Shown: piece by piece, positions 1 through 10,634 of the stretch
How positions within the stretch are numbered: position 1 is the stretch's first letter
Layout of the letters: the number at the start of each line of letters is the position of its first letter
The notes under the pieces: model-generated
Databases searched by the model: none
Seen by the model: the letters and a program-made list of their open reading frames with translations, nothing else
Told to the model about the DNA's origin: nothing
NCBI GenBank assembly: GCA_046080565.1
Contig: JBJTUF010000092.1
Location: forward strand, 5,135-69,134
Length of the DNA: 64,000 nt
DNA from: Cuspidothrix sp.
GTDB lineage: Bacteria > Cyanobacteriota > Cyanobacteriia > Cyanobacteriales > Nostocaceae
Direction: 5' to 3'
Program-made: the position numbers and the translations under genes

Positions 1-5
1 ATAGA

Positions 6-386
6 ATGAAGCAATTAATTGATACTCATACTCTGCTGTGGTTTACTATGGGTAATCCCAGAATTAGCGATAATTTGAGATTACAAATTGAGAATAATGA
101 CAATCTTTTAAGTATTGCCAGTGTTTGGGAAATGGCAATTAAACACAGCATAGGTAAACTTAATTTGGATATGAGTTTTGATGATTTTGTCGAACAGCAA
201 ATAATTGGGAACGGTATTACATTACAACAAATTAATACAAAGCATATTTCAGTTATTGCCCAACTACCCTTACATCATCGTGATCCTTTTGACAGAATGT
301 TAATTGCACAGGCTATGGTGGAAAATATGCCTATAATAAGTGCTGATACAATTTTTGACGCTTATCCCATACAGCGTTTATGGTGA
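6..386 (+). CDS. vapC: PIN-domain (VapC-family) toxin
   Basis: N-terminal LIDTH motif, SIASVWE and HRDPFDRMLIAQA motifs typical of PIN toxins; any antitoxin would lie upstream of the window. Confidence 0.9.
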   Translation: MKQLIDTHTLLWFTMGNPRISDNLRLQIENNDNLLSIASVWEMAIKHSIGKLNLDMSFDDFVEQQIIGNGITLQQINTKHISVIAQLPLHHRDPFDRMLIAQAMVENMPIISADTIFDAYPIQRLW

Positions 387-479
387 AAAATAACGGAGAA
401 TTTTGATATCTGTTTTTTTTAAACACAGAGGGTCTAAAGACTGCTTTACAAGCTATATTGCAATTGTCTTTTCTACCTT

Positions 480-1034
480 TCAAATCTGATAACCCATGAT
501 ATAATCATCCATGACAAAACCACCACCAAAATCTATTATCTTACTTTCAATAATCTCAAAACCAAATCTAGTATAAGCTTCAATTGCTTTTTCATTTCTT
601 TTATTCACATTGAGAATTATTTGTTTAAAGTTTATTTCTCGCGCTTTCTGGTATACGTGAAATAACATTTTTTGCCCATAACCAAAACCATGGAAAGATG
701 GTAACAAATAACATTTATGTAATTTTAAATAACTGATATTATCTATTATTTCTGAGCCATAAGATAGATAGCCAACTAATTCAGAGTTATGTAAAACTTT
801 ATCATAAAATATCCCTTGCTTATAAATTTCATCTTCAATTACTCCTATTCCATACATTTTATCTAGCATATATTCGATTTGTTCATGGCTGATAATTGTT
901 GGATAATGGGTAAACCAAATTTCTCGACTAACTTTTCTCAAATTTTCTAAATCAGCATCTAGTAACTTGGTAATGGTAATTAATGAATCATTCATAGCAA
1001 TAATTACAAGTATATTCTCAGTATAATCTACCAT
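480..1034 (-). CDS. GNAT family N-acetyltransferase
   Basis: Acetyl-CoA motif FHGFGYG and LNVNKRNEKAIEAYTRFGF. Confidence 0.85.
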   Translation of the reverse strand: MVDYTENILVIIAMNDSLITITKLLDADLENLRKVSREIWFTHYPTIISHEQIEYMLDKMYGIGVIEDEIYKQGIFYDKVLHNSELVGYLSYGSEIIDNISYLKLHKCYLLPSFHGFGYGQKMLFHVYQKAREINFKQIILNVNKRNEKAIEAYTRFGFEIIESKIIDFGGGFVMDDYIMGYQI

Positions 1035-1100
1035 TTAATTGACTATTGTTACCAAAAAAATCTATGATAATTGCAATAAATCATCACCAGGGATAATTTT

Positions 1101-2324
1101 ATGAGTTATTATATTGCTCCTAGCTTTCTTGATAAACTTGCAGTTCATATCACTAAAAACTTTTTAAACATTCCTGGTATTCGAGTTCCCCTAATTCTAG
1201 GTATTCATGGACGCAAAGGAGAGGGAAAATCCTTTCAATGCGAATTAGTCTTTGAGAAAATGGGTATCGAAGTTACTTTAATATCTGGAGGAGAACTAGA
1301 AAGTCCAGACGCAGGAGACCCAGCGCGGTTGATACGTCTGCGTTATCGGGAAACCGCAGAATTAATCAAAGTGCGGGGGAAAATGTGCGTACTGATGATT
1401 AATGATTTAGATGCAGGTGCGGGACGTTTTGACGAAGGAACTCAATATACAGTAAATACCCAGTTGGTAAATGCTACATTGATGAATATTGCTGATAATC
1501 CCACAGATGTGCAGTTACCAGGAAGTTATGACTCTAATCCTTTATGTCGTGTTCCCATTATTGTGACAGGAAACGATTTTTCTACCCTCTATGCACCATT
1601 AATTCGTGATGGGAGAATGGAAAAATTTTATTGGCAACCTAACCGAGATGATAAAGTAGGAATTGTGGGGGGAATTTTTGCAGAAGATGGACTTTCACAA
1701 AGAGAAATTGAACAATTAGTTGATACTTTTCCCCAGCAATCAATTGACTTTTTTAGTGCTTTGCGTTCTCGGATATATGATGAACAAATTCGTAATTTTA
1801 TCCACAAAATTGGTTTTGAGAATGTTTCTTTGCGAGTTGTCAATAGTTTAGAAGGTCCCCCAATATTTACCAAACCAGATTTTACTTTATCTCATTTAAT
1901 TGAGTCTGGTAAATTTATGGTCGGTGAACAAAAACGAGTGGAAACTTCTCATTTAGTTGATGAATATAATCGTTTAAATCGTGGAAAAGGTTCTCAAGTA
2001 ACTTCACCTATTGTGGAAGTTCCAGTTAGTCAACCTACAATTAATCAACCTATTCAGTTAAGTTTAGAAACCCAAGCCCAAGTTAGACAAATTTTATCTC
2101 AAGGTTGTAAAATCGGCGTTGAACACGTTGATGAAAGACGTTTTCGTACAGGTTCTTGGCAAAGTTGCGGTAATCTGAATATTAATAGTGAATTAGATGC
2201 TATTTCTACCTTAGAATCTTGTTTAGCTGAATATAATGGTGAATACGTGCGGTTAGTAGGAATTGACCCCCAAGCGAAAAGACGGGTGGTAGAAACAATT
2301 ATTCAACGTCCTAATAGTAGGTAA
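1101..2324 (+). CDS. rca: Rubisco activase-like AAA+ protein with C-terminal RbcS-like domain
   Basis: Walker A GRKGEGKS, INDLDAGAGR, YAPLIRDGRMEKF; C-terminal EHVDERRFRTGSW...EYVRLVGIDP small-subunit-like domain. Confidence 0.93.
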   Translation: MSYYIAPSFLDKLAVHITKNFLNIPGIRVPLILGIHGRKGEGKSFQCELVFEKMGIEVTLISGGELESPDAGDPARLIRLRYRETAELIKVRGKMCVLMINDLDAGAGRFDEGTQYTVNTQLVNATLMNIADNPTDVQLPGSYDSNPLCRVPIIVTGNDFSTLYAPLIRDGRMEKFYWQPNRDDKVGIVGGIFAEDGLSQREIEQLVDTFPQQSIDFFSALRSRIYDEQIRNFIHKIGFENVSLRVVNSLEGPPIFTKPDFTLSHLIESGKFMVGEQKRVETSHLVDEYNRLNRGKGSQVTSPIVEVPVSQPTINQPIQLSLETQAQVRQILSQGCKIGVEHVDERRFRTGSWQSCGNLNINSELDAISTLESCLAEYNGEYVRLVGIDPQAKRRVVETIIQRPNSR

Positions 2325-2530
2325 TAGGTAAGATGCTATCTGTTACCCCCAAATTTTTGGATTCCTCCTACCTAAAATGCACGCTTTTTCAGCTATACCC
2401 TTGAAAAGTTTTGCACCTACTTTCCTGTTTATTAGCCTCAAACCTTTGATAAGTATCTGAGCAAAATTAATTAAACACTTTGAAAATACCTAAACTAATG
2501 AATTAGGTAGAGACAAACCTCTTTTTTAAG

Positions 2531-2740
2531 GAGGGCTGTTTCATTCTCTAAAAGGTGCATAATCTCAAGATTCGATTTTGGTGATCTGCTTGCAGCAGCG
2601 CTTACGCTATCGCTCTGATTTTCCGGGGAAAAATTTGTGATTTTTGAATCAATTATGTAAGGTTCAGATCAATTTTATTTCAAAAACGATCACTAAAGAT
2701 ATTGACAAATGTACCTTCATGAACGAATGAAACAGCCCCG
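2531..2740. mobile_element. MITE with GGGCTGTTTCATTC terminal inverted repeats
   Basis: GAGGGCTGTTTCATTC at 2531 and GAATGAAACAGCCCCG ending at 2740; same TIR as the element at 33048; no clear target duplication. Confidence 0.75.
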
Positions 2741-2922
2741 CATTTCTCATTTCGCTTTGTAATATATGAAGATTACAAAAATTGGGGTTAATGGTCGTTG
2801 AATAGCGATCGCTAAAGGTCTATAGTTCATACGTTTAAATACTGAATAATGTCATCATTGTTTGTCAAATTTATTGAAGTATTAAAGTATGACATTTTGA
2901 AGTGCGGAAAGTTGGCTAGATA

Positions 2923-3029
2923 TACAGCACTTCCCGATGTTATGAGATACAAATTTAACAGGCAGGATGCCTGTTCCACAAGGGTTTTATGATTTCAGTT
3001 TGTACCTCACTGATATGAAATATGCTGTA
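2923..3029. repeat. ~107-bp dispersed MITE-like repeat (TACAGCA...TGCTGTA ends)
   Basis: Short TIRs around an internal ACAGGCAGGATGCCTGTT hairpin; reverse-complement copy at 31465..31572. Confidence 0.75.
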
Positions 3030-3050
3030 GGTTGGGATGTCTGCTTTCTG

Positions 3051-4346
3051 CTATATCTTTCTATTATGTAGTAAATAAGTCATCATTTCCCCCTTACCTT
3101 TGATTTTAATTAAACCCCGTTTTTCTAGCAAATACTGATCTTTTAATATGTGATAAGTACCTTCACAAACTTGAATATTATCAGGTATTCCATGGGATTC
3201 CATTCTACTAGCTGTATTCACAGTATCACCCCACAAATCATAAGCGAATTTCTTTAAACCAATCACCCCAGCAACTACTGGACCTGTACTAATACCAATG
3301 CGAATTTGAAAAGATAAATTATTTTTTTGATTAAAATCATGGACAGCTTTTTGCATATCTAAAGCCATATTTGCTATAGCTAAAGCATGATCAATCCGAT
3401 AATTAGGTAAACCAGCTACTGCCATATAAGCATCACCAATAGTTTTAATCTTTTCGATGCCGTGATGTTCTGCTAATTCATCAAATAAACAAAAGATTTG
3501 ATTTAATAATTCTACTAATTCCGGTGGTTATGTATGACTTGATAATTCTGTAAATCCAACAATATCTGCAAATAATACTGTCACTTCATGAAAAATATCT
3601 GCAATAGTTGTCGGTTGATTTTTTAATTGTTTTGCAATTACCGCAGGTAAAATATTTAATAATAAACGTTCCGATTGTTCTTGAGCTATTTCTAACTCTC
3701 TTTTGGATCTAAATTCCTTTTTCTTGAGTTTCTCGTATAAATAAACTGAAAATACACAAATTGTTGCCGTCCAAAATAAATATAAACCTTGTTCTATATA
3801 ATGGGAAATGGGAGGTTTCAATGTAGGGCGATATATCAGATATATTCCTAAATACCAAACAATTGTTCCCACCTGTGCAATAAAATGTATCCGCCATTTC
3901 ACAGGAATAATTGTGGCTTGAGTAATAAACATCAAGTTCCAAATATTGGTCATGGGTTCAAAATAATTAAACAATAACGCTGTAGAAAGTTGGATAGTAC
4001 AAGTGGCTGACCAACATAACCTTAAAAAAAACATATCTAAATAACGACGTGCTAGAGGTGTTTTACATAACAACCAGCACACAACAATAAAAAATTCTAG
4101 TAATAACCCAATTTTGAGCGCGTATATTTTTTCAACGATTTCTTGATTGACCCATATAAAAAAAGCAGTCAGAGTTAAGCCAATAATCATCATCAGTTTG
4201 GCTTGCAATTCTAAGCGGTTCAGAAAGAAAATTTGACGCTGTTCTCTATAAGATTGGGCGAAATATTCACTAGTCTCAAAGTCAAATAATTCTGGGCTGA
4301 CAATTGCCTCTAGTTGGGTTTTGATAGCATTAATATTAGTCATCAT
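3051..4346 (-). pseudogene. Membrane-bound class III adenylate cyclase interrupted by an in-frame TAA at 3528-3530
   Basis: Read-through gives FADIVGFTELSSHT*PPELVELLNQIF...KIKTIGDAYM...YDLWGDTVNTASRMES in one frame; about 6 N-terminal TM helices. Confidence 0.85.
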
Positions 4347-4401
4347 GCCCGTTTTGCGTTATGAGTAACTATATCAGTGTAACCGTATTGAGAGAAAATA
4401 A

Positions 4402-5958
4402 ATGGGTCGTCCCCCGACATTAACTTTTGATCGTGGCACATTAATTTTACACCCACCGCCACGTAGTAAAACCTGGATAGACTATGCAATTTGGGATGAT
4501 AGAATCGAAAAGTTTCGCATTCCTGCCATTAGATACCGTCCCTTAGTTGAAGCACTCCAAGCAGAAGCAACGGATTTTATTGATGAAGCTAAGGCTTTTT
4601 ATCCTTTGGAGTTGGTATCTAGCCTGGGAATGACACCCTATCCCCACCAAAACGAGGCTTTAGCGGCTTGGAAATTGGCGGGACGACAGGGGGTAGTGGT
4701 GCTACCAACGGCGGCGGGAAAGACTTATTTAGCCCAAATGGCGATGCAAGCTACACCACGTACCACGTTAATTGTAGTACCAACTTTAGATTTAATGCAC
4801 CAGTGGTATGCTCACTTAGTAGCCGCTTTTCCTGATGGGGAAGTGGGATTACTGGGAGGTGGTTCACGGGATAGAACGGCGATTTTAGTAGCTACCTATG
4901 ATAGTGCGGCGATTCACGCAGAAAGTTTAGGTAATAAATATGGGTTGATAATTTTTGATGAATGCCACCATTTACCTACAGATTTTAACCGAGTGATTGC
5001 GGAATATGCGATCGCCCCCTACCGCTTAGGACTTTCCGCCACCCCAGAACGCACAGATGGCAAGCATATAGATTTAAATATTCTTATTGGTAAAGAAGTT
5101 TATCGCCAACGTGCTGAAGATTTAGCAGGTAAAGCTTTAGCTGCCCATGAAATTGTACAAATTAAAGTTAAATTATCCCAATTAGAAAGAGAAAAATACA
5201 ATCAATTAATTCAAACTCGCAATGATTTTTTAAAGCAATCAAAAATTTCTTTAGGAAGTCTCCAAGGTTGGCAAATGTTTGTGCAAATGAGTGCGCGATC
5301 GCAACCTGGACGTAGGGCAATGTTAGCCCATCGTCAAGCCAAAGAAATCGCTTTAGGAACTGATGGAAAAATTCGCATCCTTTTAGACCTATTAGCTACC
5401 CATTATCCCGAACGGATTTTAATTTTTACTGCCGACAATACCACTGTTTACCGCATTTCTCAAGACTTATTAATCCCAGCGATTACCCATCAAACCCCAG
5501 TTAAAGAAAGACATGAAATATTAACTAAATTTAAACAAGGTGAATATAATACCTTAGTGGCTTCTAATGTCCTTAATGAAGGTGTAGATGTTCCCGCCGC
5601 CAGCATTGCCATTATCTTATCTGGTACAGGTTCAACCAGAGAATATATTCAAAGGTTAGGGAGAGTCTTACGTAAAGGTAATATAGATAATAAACAGGCA
5701 ATTTTATATGAAGTTATCGCCGAAGATACGAGCGAAGAAGGAACTTCTGCCAGACGTAGAGGAGAAAATAAAACTCCAGGAGAAAAACCCAAAAAAGGCA
5801 ATTTACAAGTTATTTATGGTAATAGCAACAACAGCGATTTAAAAGCAGCAGAACAATTAGAAATTAATTACTCAACCGAAAAGAAAGATGTTACCAACGG
5901 ACTTACTGATACACCGCCAAAACGGCGAAGAAATTATCCCAAAAAGACTGAAACTTGA
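4402..5958 (+). CDS. XPB/Rad25-like SF2 DEAD/DEAH-box helicase
   Basis: PTAAGKT, DECHH, SAT, NEGVDVP and QRLGRVLR motifs. Confidence 0.9.
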   Translation: MGRPPTLTFDRGTLILHPPPRSKTWIDYAIWDDRIEKFRIPAIRYRPLVEALQAEATDFIDEAKAFYPLELVSSLGMTPYPHQNEALAAWKLAGRQGVVVLPTAAGKTYLAQMAMQATPRTTLIVVPTLDLMHQWYAHLVAAFPDGEVGLLGGGSRDRTAILVATYDSAAIHAESLGNKYGLIIFDECHHLPTDFNRVIAEYAIAPYRLGLSATPERTDGKHIDLNILIGKEVYRQRAEDLAGKALAAHEIVQIKVKLSQLEREKYNQLIQTRNDFLKQSKISLGSLQGWQMFVQMSARSQPGRRAMLAHRQAKEIALGTDGKIRILLDLLATHYPERILIFTADNTTVYRISQDLLIPAITHQTPVKERHEILTKFKQGEYNTLVASNVLNEGVDVPAASIAIILSGTGSTREYIQRLGRVLRKGNIDNKQAILYEVIAEDTSEEGTSARRRGENKTPGEKPKKGNLQVIYGNSNNSDLKAAEQLEINYSTEKKDVTNGLTDTPPKRRRNYPKKTET

Positions 5959-7102
5959 TCAAAAACATTTGAATTTAGCCACTGACTTAATTGATTTTTT
6001 TCAGCAAGCAGTTGGCAAAACTCAAGGTTTACTAGAACGTCAATTAGCAGACTTTGAAGGAGATACCACAGATTACCGCATGAAACGGGGTTTAGCCTAT
6101 ATTCTCAAAAGTAGTTTTTGCACCTTTGAAATAGTCAGTCCCCTTGAATCACCTATGTTAAGAGCAAAAGTATTTGCATTAGCAGCAAAATCCGTTGCTA
6201 GTCGGCAATCAACTGATATTATTTTAAATAAAATTGCCGATGATTTAAGTCAAGAACTCAACCAAGAAGTTTTACCCCATCAAATTCGCAATGGACTTTA
6301 TGCCGACTTATCAGAAAATAAAATTTTAACAGCTTTTGATGCCACTAAACCAGAAGATATATTACATCGTTATAATTTATCCCAAATCCAAGGAGTTTTT
6401 TACAAAGCCAGTCAATTAATATTAAACGCCCATCGTAATGTTCCCGGAGAATATAAACTCTTATTTCGTTATTTAAAGCTATTTCAACTAATGGCTTATA
6501 TTGAAGGTGATGCCGATCATGGATTTACAATTACAGTAGATGGCCCCACTAGTTTATTTACTCCTAGCACACGTTATGGTTTAGCCATAGCCAAATTAAT
6601 TCCCGCCTTACTTCATGTGACAAAATGGAGTTTATCAGCCACTTTACAAACCCGCGACTTTTACACAAATGAATGGAGAACCGGACGTTTTACCCTTAAT
6701 TCTGAATGTGGTTTAGTTTCTCACTATCCCCTAGGAAAGCCCTATGATAGTATGTTAGAGGAATCATTTGCTAGTAAATGGGATGCTTTAAAAAGTGGTT
6801 GGTTCTTAGAAAGAGAAGTAGATTTAATTCCCATTCCTGGTAGTGTGATGATTCCCGATTTTCGTTTAGTTCATCCCGACGGACGGACATTTTTATTAGA
6901 AATTGTTGGTTACTGGCGACCAGAATATTTACAAAAGAAATTCGCTCAAGTCAGACGCGCCAATTGTGATAATTTAATTTTAGCTATTTCCGAAAGATTG
7001 AACCTGGAAAAAGCTGGAGTAAAACTAGATAATGTACCAGCAAGAATAATTTGGTTTAAAGAAAAACTCTTGCCAAAATCTGTATTGGCAGTGATGGAAT
7101 GA
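5888..7102 (+). CDS. DUF790 (Bax1-like) endonuclease
   Basis: RYNLS, DGPTSLF...YG, and nuclease motif IPDF...LEIVGYW; overlaps the helicase 3' end. Confidence 0.85.
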   Translation: MLPTDLLIHRQNGEEIIPKRLKLDQKHLNLATDLIDFFQQAVGKTQGLLERQLADFEGDTTDYRMKRGLAYILKSSFCTFEIVSPLESPMLRAKVFALAAKSVASRQSTDIILNKIADDLSQELNQEVLPHQIRNGLYADLSENKILTAFDATKPEDILHRYNLSQIQGVFYKASQLILNAHRNVPGEYKLLFRYLKLFQLMAYIEGDADHGFTITVDGPTSLFTPSTRYGLAIAKLIPALLHVTKWSLSATLQTRDFYTNEWRTGRFTLNSECGLVSHYPLGKPYDSMLEESFASKWDALKSGWFLEREVDLIPIPGSVMIPDFRLVHPDGRTFLLEIVGYWRPEYLQKKFAQVRRANCDNLILAISERLNLEKAGVKLDNVPARIIWFKEKLLPKSVLAVME

Positions 7103-7378
7103 TATGTCATTTTGCCGTTTGGTAAAGTACAAAATTATCTGCGTCTATCTCCGTTCATCTGTGTTTTATTAATACTGCTTGGGAACAAACAAAAATATCT
7201 CTAACCCTTACCTATTCCCTAAATAACTAAAAATTAAACATTACTCTTTCCTATCCCCCCTCAACAGTCAACAGTCAACCATTCATTAAACTTCATTACG
7301 AAATAAGAAGGTAGCTAAAAAACATGATACCTTCTGATCTGGTCAAACAATTACACAAATTTTACAAAGGAGAACACA

Positions 7379-7585
7379 GTGGCAATGGAATCCAATGTAC
7401 TAACGGGCGCAACTGTAGATAATCAAGATATAAGTGAATATGTTGCTCATTTACAGTTGCATATGACGCTGCAAGCTCGCAACCTGGTTCCAACCCTTAA
7501 ACAGACAGTAGGAGATAGTCGTCAGCAATTACTTCATCAAACCCAGGCTGACTTTGAAAAATTCGCTTCTCGTCAAGTTTTATAG
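7379..7585 (+). CDS. Small hypothetical protein
   Basis: AAGGAG RBS upstream; 68-aa ORF with protein-like composition. Confidence 0.65.
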   Translation: MAMESNVLTGATVDNQDISEYVAHLQLHMTLQARNLVPTLKQTVGDSRQQLLHQTQADFEKFASRQVL

Positions 7586-7700
7586 ATTTAATAGGATTTT
7601 TGCTATAATAGGCATAGAATAAAAGCAGATATTGTGGTTTTAGCTTCCAGGCAAAAGCCGCGATATTTTGTTTTTGATATTTTTTCCACTATTTTAGTCT

Positions 7701-7789
7701 GGACTTACGCAAAATTTGCTTCAAATACCGTCATTCGGACCCAAGGAAGCAATCTCAAACCCATAGATTTCGTTAAAATGCGTAAGTCC
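7701..7789. mobile_element. 89-bp MITE, GGACTTACGCA...TGCGTAAGTCC family
   Basis: 11-bp TIRs; closely similar copies at 17696, 18862, 19940, 44693 and 47863. Confidence 0.85.
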
Positions 7790-7909
7790 TATTTAGTTAA
7801 CAAAATTACTCTTTAGAACCAAGACCTAAGAGCCAAAAGCCGTTAAAATAATTGCAGCAGTACATCATCAATCATATTTTGTAAAGGTTAAATCGCGGCT
7901 TGAATCAAA

Positions 7910-9103
7910 ATGACTTCACTACTCCCTCGAAACCTCAGCGTGATTATCCGACCAGTCCAACATAGGGACTTGGACGAAATTGAACGTCTAACTCAAGAAT
8001 CCTTATCCCATCTTCCTCCCCAAGAAGTTGGCGAGACCATGCAAAAAATGCAATGGTTAAGACGTTGGTATGGATTACTGAAATTCTTAAGTTGGTTTCC
8101 CAATCCCTTACAGTATCGCTTTTGGGGTTACGTCGCTCAACAAGGACGTATGATCCTGGGGATGATTAAAATATCACCGTTTAACCGCACTCGCAGCACT
8201 TGGCGGATTGATAAAGTGATGTTAGCAGGTACGAGCGATCGCATGGGAGTAGGATCACAATTACTGCGTCATTGCTTTGAGTCCATTTTAGAAGCGCGGA
8301 CTTGGATTTTAGAGGTTAACGTCAATGATGTTGATGCCTTAGCACTGTATCGCCATAACGGGTTTCAACGTCTAGCTGAAATAACATATTGGGAAATTAA
8401 CCCCCAAAGATTAGCTGAATTAATCCAAACTGAGCCAGATTTACCCAATCTTTTACCAGTTAGTAACGCTGACGCTCAACTGCTCCATCAATTAGATACA
8501 GCATCCATGCCACCCTTAGTGCGCCAAGTATTTGACCGTCATACCCACGACTTTAAAACCACTTTCTTTGGCGCTATTAGTGATGCTGTGAAACAGTGGA
8601 TGACAAAAACCGAAGTAGTTAGCGGTTATGTCTTTGAACCCCAACGCAAAGCCGCCATAGGCTACTTTCAGGTGCAACTTGACAGGACAGGCGAAAATCC
8701 CCACGTAGCCACACTGACGGTTCACCCTGCCTATACTTGGCTATATCCTGAACTATTGTCTCAATTAGCGCGCATTGCCCAAGACTTCCCCAAACAATCA
8801 CTACAACTAGCTTCCTGTGACTATCAACCCGAAAGAGAAGAATATTTAGAACGCATCGGGGCAAAACGCATAGAACATACATTAATCATGTCTCGTTCCG
8901 TTTGGCATAAACTCCGAGAATCTAAATTTGTCTCCTTAGAAGGGATTCAATGGCAAGAAATGTTACAAGGACTGCAACCAACCCGGAAACCTATCCCCGG
9001 TGGAATGTCATGGGTACAAGAACCTCAAGCCATACAGCAAACCGCTAATATAGATATAGCTTCTCCCTCAGAACCCATGCCAGATGAACCCCAGGAGCAA
9101 TAA
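7910..9103 (+). CDS. Tandem-GNAT acetyltransferase (cyanobacterial type, upstream of ruvX)
   Basis: RMGVGSQLL and ALALYRHNGFQ motifs; second GNAT-like half. Confidence 0.85.
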   Translation: MTSLLPRNLSVIIRPVQHRDLDEIERLTQESLSHLPPQEVGETMQKMQWLRRWYGLLKFLSWFPNPLQYRFWGYVAQQGRMILGMIKISPFNRTRSTWRIDKVMLAGTSDRMGVGSQLLRHCFESILEARTWILEVNVNDVDALALYRHNGFQRLAEITYWEINPQRLAELIQTEPDLPNLLPVSNADAQLLHQLDTASMPPLVRQVFDRHTHDFKTTFFGAISDAVKQWMTKTEVVSGYVFEPQRKAAIGYFQVQLDRTGENPHVATLTVHPAYTWLYPELLSQLARIAQDFPKQSLQLASCDYQPEREEYLERIGAKRIEHTLIMSRSVWHKLRESKFVSLEGIQWQEMLQGLQPTRKPIPGGMSWVQEPQAIQQTANIDIASPSEPMPDEPQEQ

Positions 9104-9581
9104 TAACGTGATCTCTGATGCCTCTAAATCATTTATCTCTGCCTTGGGTGTTGATGTTGGTAGTAAACGTATCGGTTTAGCTGGGTGTGATGGTACTGGC
9201 TTAATTGCCACAGGTATCACCACAATTGAGCGTAAATCTTTTGTTGAAGATGTGGAAAAAATTCAACAAATAGTTAATGACCGACAAGTACAAATTTTAG
9301 TTGTCGGTTTACCATATAACATGGATGGTTCTTTGGGTTTTCAAGCCCGTCATGTCCAAAAATTTGCCACTAGACTAGCCAAGTCTCTACAACTACCTTT
9401 GGAATATATAGATGAACGTTTAACCTCTTTCCAAGCAGAACAACTGTTAATTGGCGAAAATCGTTCCCCATCGAGAAATAAGGGTTTAATTGACCGTAAG
9501 GCGGCAGCCTTGATATTACAACAATGGTTAGATGTGAGGCGAACTTCAGTAAATTCATCAGTAACATTTACTGATAAGTGA
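9084..9581 (+). CDS. ruvX: YqgF/RuvX resolvase-like nuclease
   Basis: ALGVDVGSKRIGLA, VVGLP, DERLTS and IDRKAAALILQ motifs. Confidence 0.95.
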   Translation: MNPRSNNNVISDASKSFISALGVDVGSKRIGLAGCDGTGLIATGITTIERKSFVEDVEKIQQIVNDRQVQILVVGLPYNMDGSLGFQARHVQKFATRLAKSLQLPLEYIDERLTSFQAEQLLIGENRSPSRNKGLIDRKAAALILQQWLDVRRTSVNSSVTFTDK

Positions 9582-9974
9582 TCCCTTTTAACAGTTGTAG
9601 TTCATTGATCTACAAGATGCTGTATATTAATAGAAAGTTCAAGAAGCGTAGATCCTTGGGAAGTGGTGTAAGTCCTGCTCTGAAATTGCGGAGAGTTAGA
9701 ATTAACCTAACCATAGCTCCTGTATGGCAGGAAATCCTATAAATCAGACAAAATAAAACATTTTCAAGAGTAGCTAATCAAATCAGAACTGAAAAACGAA
9801 AAACCTTTAAGGTAGTTCGGGACCTTATTTTGTAATAAAAACCGAATAGTGTGGCTTGTAGTTAGCCCTGTAAGGCTTCACCGTAAGCTTTAGTTGAAGG
9901 ATGTTAGTCTTACCAAGCTAGAAATATTTAATTATGTTTTTAGTAACTATTATTTAAAGTTAGATAATTCAGCT

Positions 9975-10547
9975 ATGTTTTCCTCTCCATTCCCCGAAGA
10001 TAATGATCGTGCTTCCGAAAGTTCTCTGACTTTGACAGATGAGCTAGAACGAACTTTAGAATGTTACATTGAGCATACCCTCTCAGTAGATGGACAAAAA
10101 TATGTCCTGCTGCTACCTGTGGATGCACCCATAGAAATTTTCGCGTGGGAAAGTGATGGCGAAGAAGAGGAAGCAGTTTTAGTAGAAGATGATGAAGTCA
10201 TCGAAGAAATTTTTAGCACTGCTCAAGCGGTTCTTTCTGAGCAAAATCTTATTCTCAAGAATACTGCTTATGCCTTGACTGTAGCAGGTGATTTACCTCC
10301 TGAAGATGAATCCAAATTATTCACTTTAGAAATTGAAGATGAAGAAAATGGTTTAGAACCAGAACAACTGCTGGAAATTGCCACTTTTTATCATCAAGAC
10401 CAGGAGTATGCCATTTATACTCCCCTCGATCCTTTGCTCTTTTTTGCCAGAATTACTCAGACAGGTGAACCAGAATTACTTTCTCCTGAAGAGTTTCGCC
10501 AATTTCAACCTCTCTTAGAAGAACATCTTTTTAAGGAAGTTGAGTAG
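9975..10547 (+). CDS. DUF3727 domain acidic protein
   Basis: Acidic protein with LLLPVD and YTPLDP motifs; ATG at 9975 preferred over the track TTG at 9894. Confidence 0.75.
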   Translation: MFSSPFPEDNDRASESSLTLTDELERTLECYIEHTLSVDGQKYVLLLPVDAPIEIFAWESDGEEEEAVLVEDDEVIEEIFSTAQAVLSEQNLILKNTAYALTVAGDLPPEDESKLFTLEIEDEENGLEPEQLLEIATFYHQDQEYAIYTPLDPLLFFARITQTGEPELLSPEEFRQFQPLLEEHLFKEVE

Positions 10548-10634
10548 TTACGGTTGACTATTGACTGTTGACGGTTAACCGTTAACGGTTAACTGTTGCC
10601 CAATTCCAGAAGCTAAGTCTCATTCTATTCAACT

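Noticed and set aside
7634-7816. Short ORFs over repeats (also 19855..20073, 39269..39475 and 53813..54070)
   Set aside because: They run through MITE/SDR sequence and lack an RBS or protein-like features
9655-9700. GGGAAGTGGTGTAAGTCC resembling part of a cobalamin riboswitch
   Set aside because: No recognisable B12 box or downstream conserved elements, and the downstream gene is unrelated
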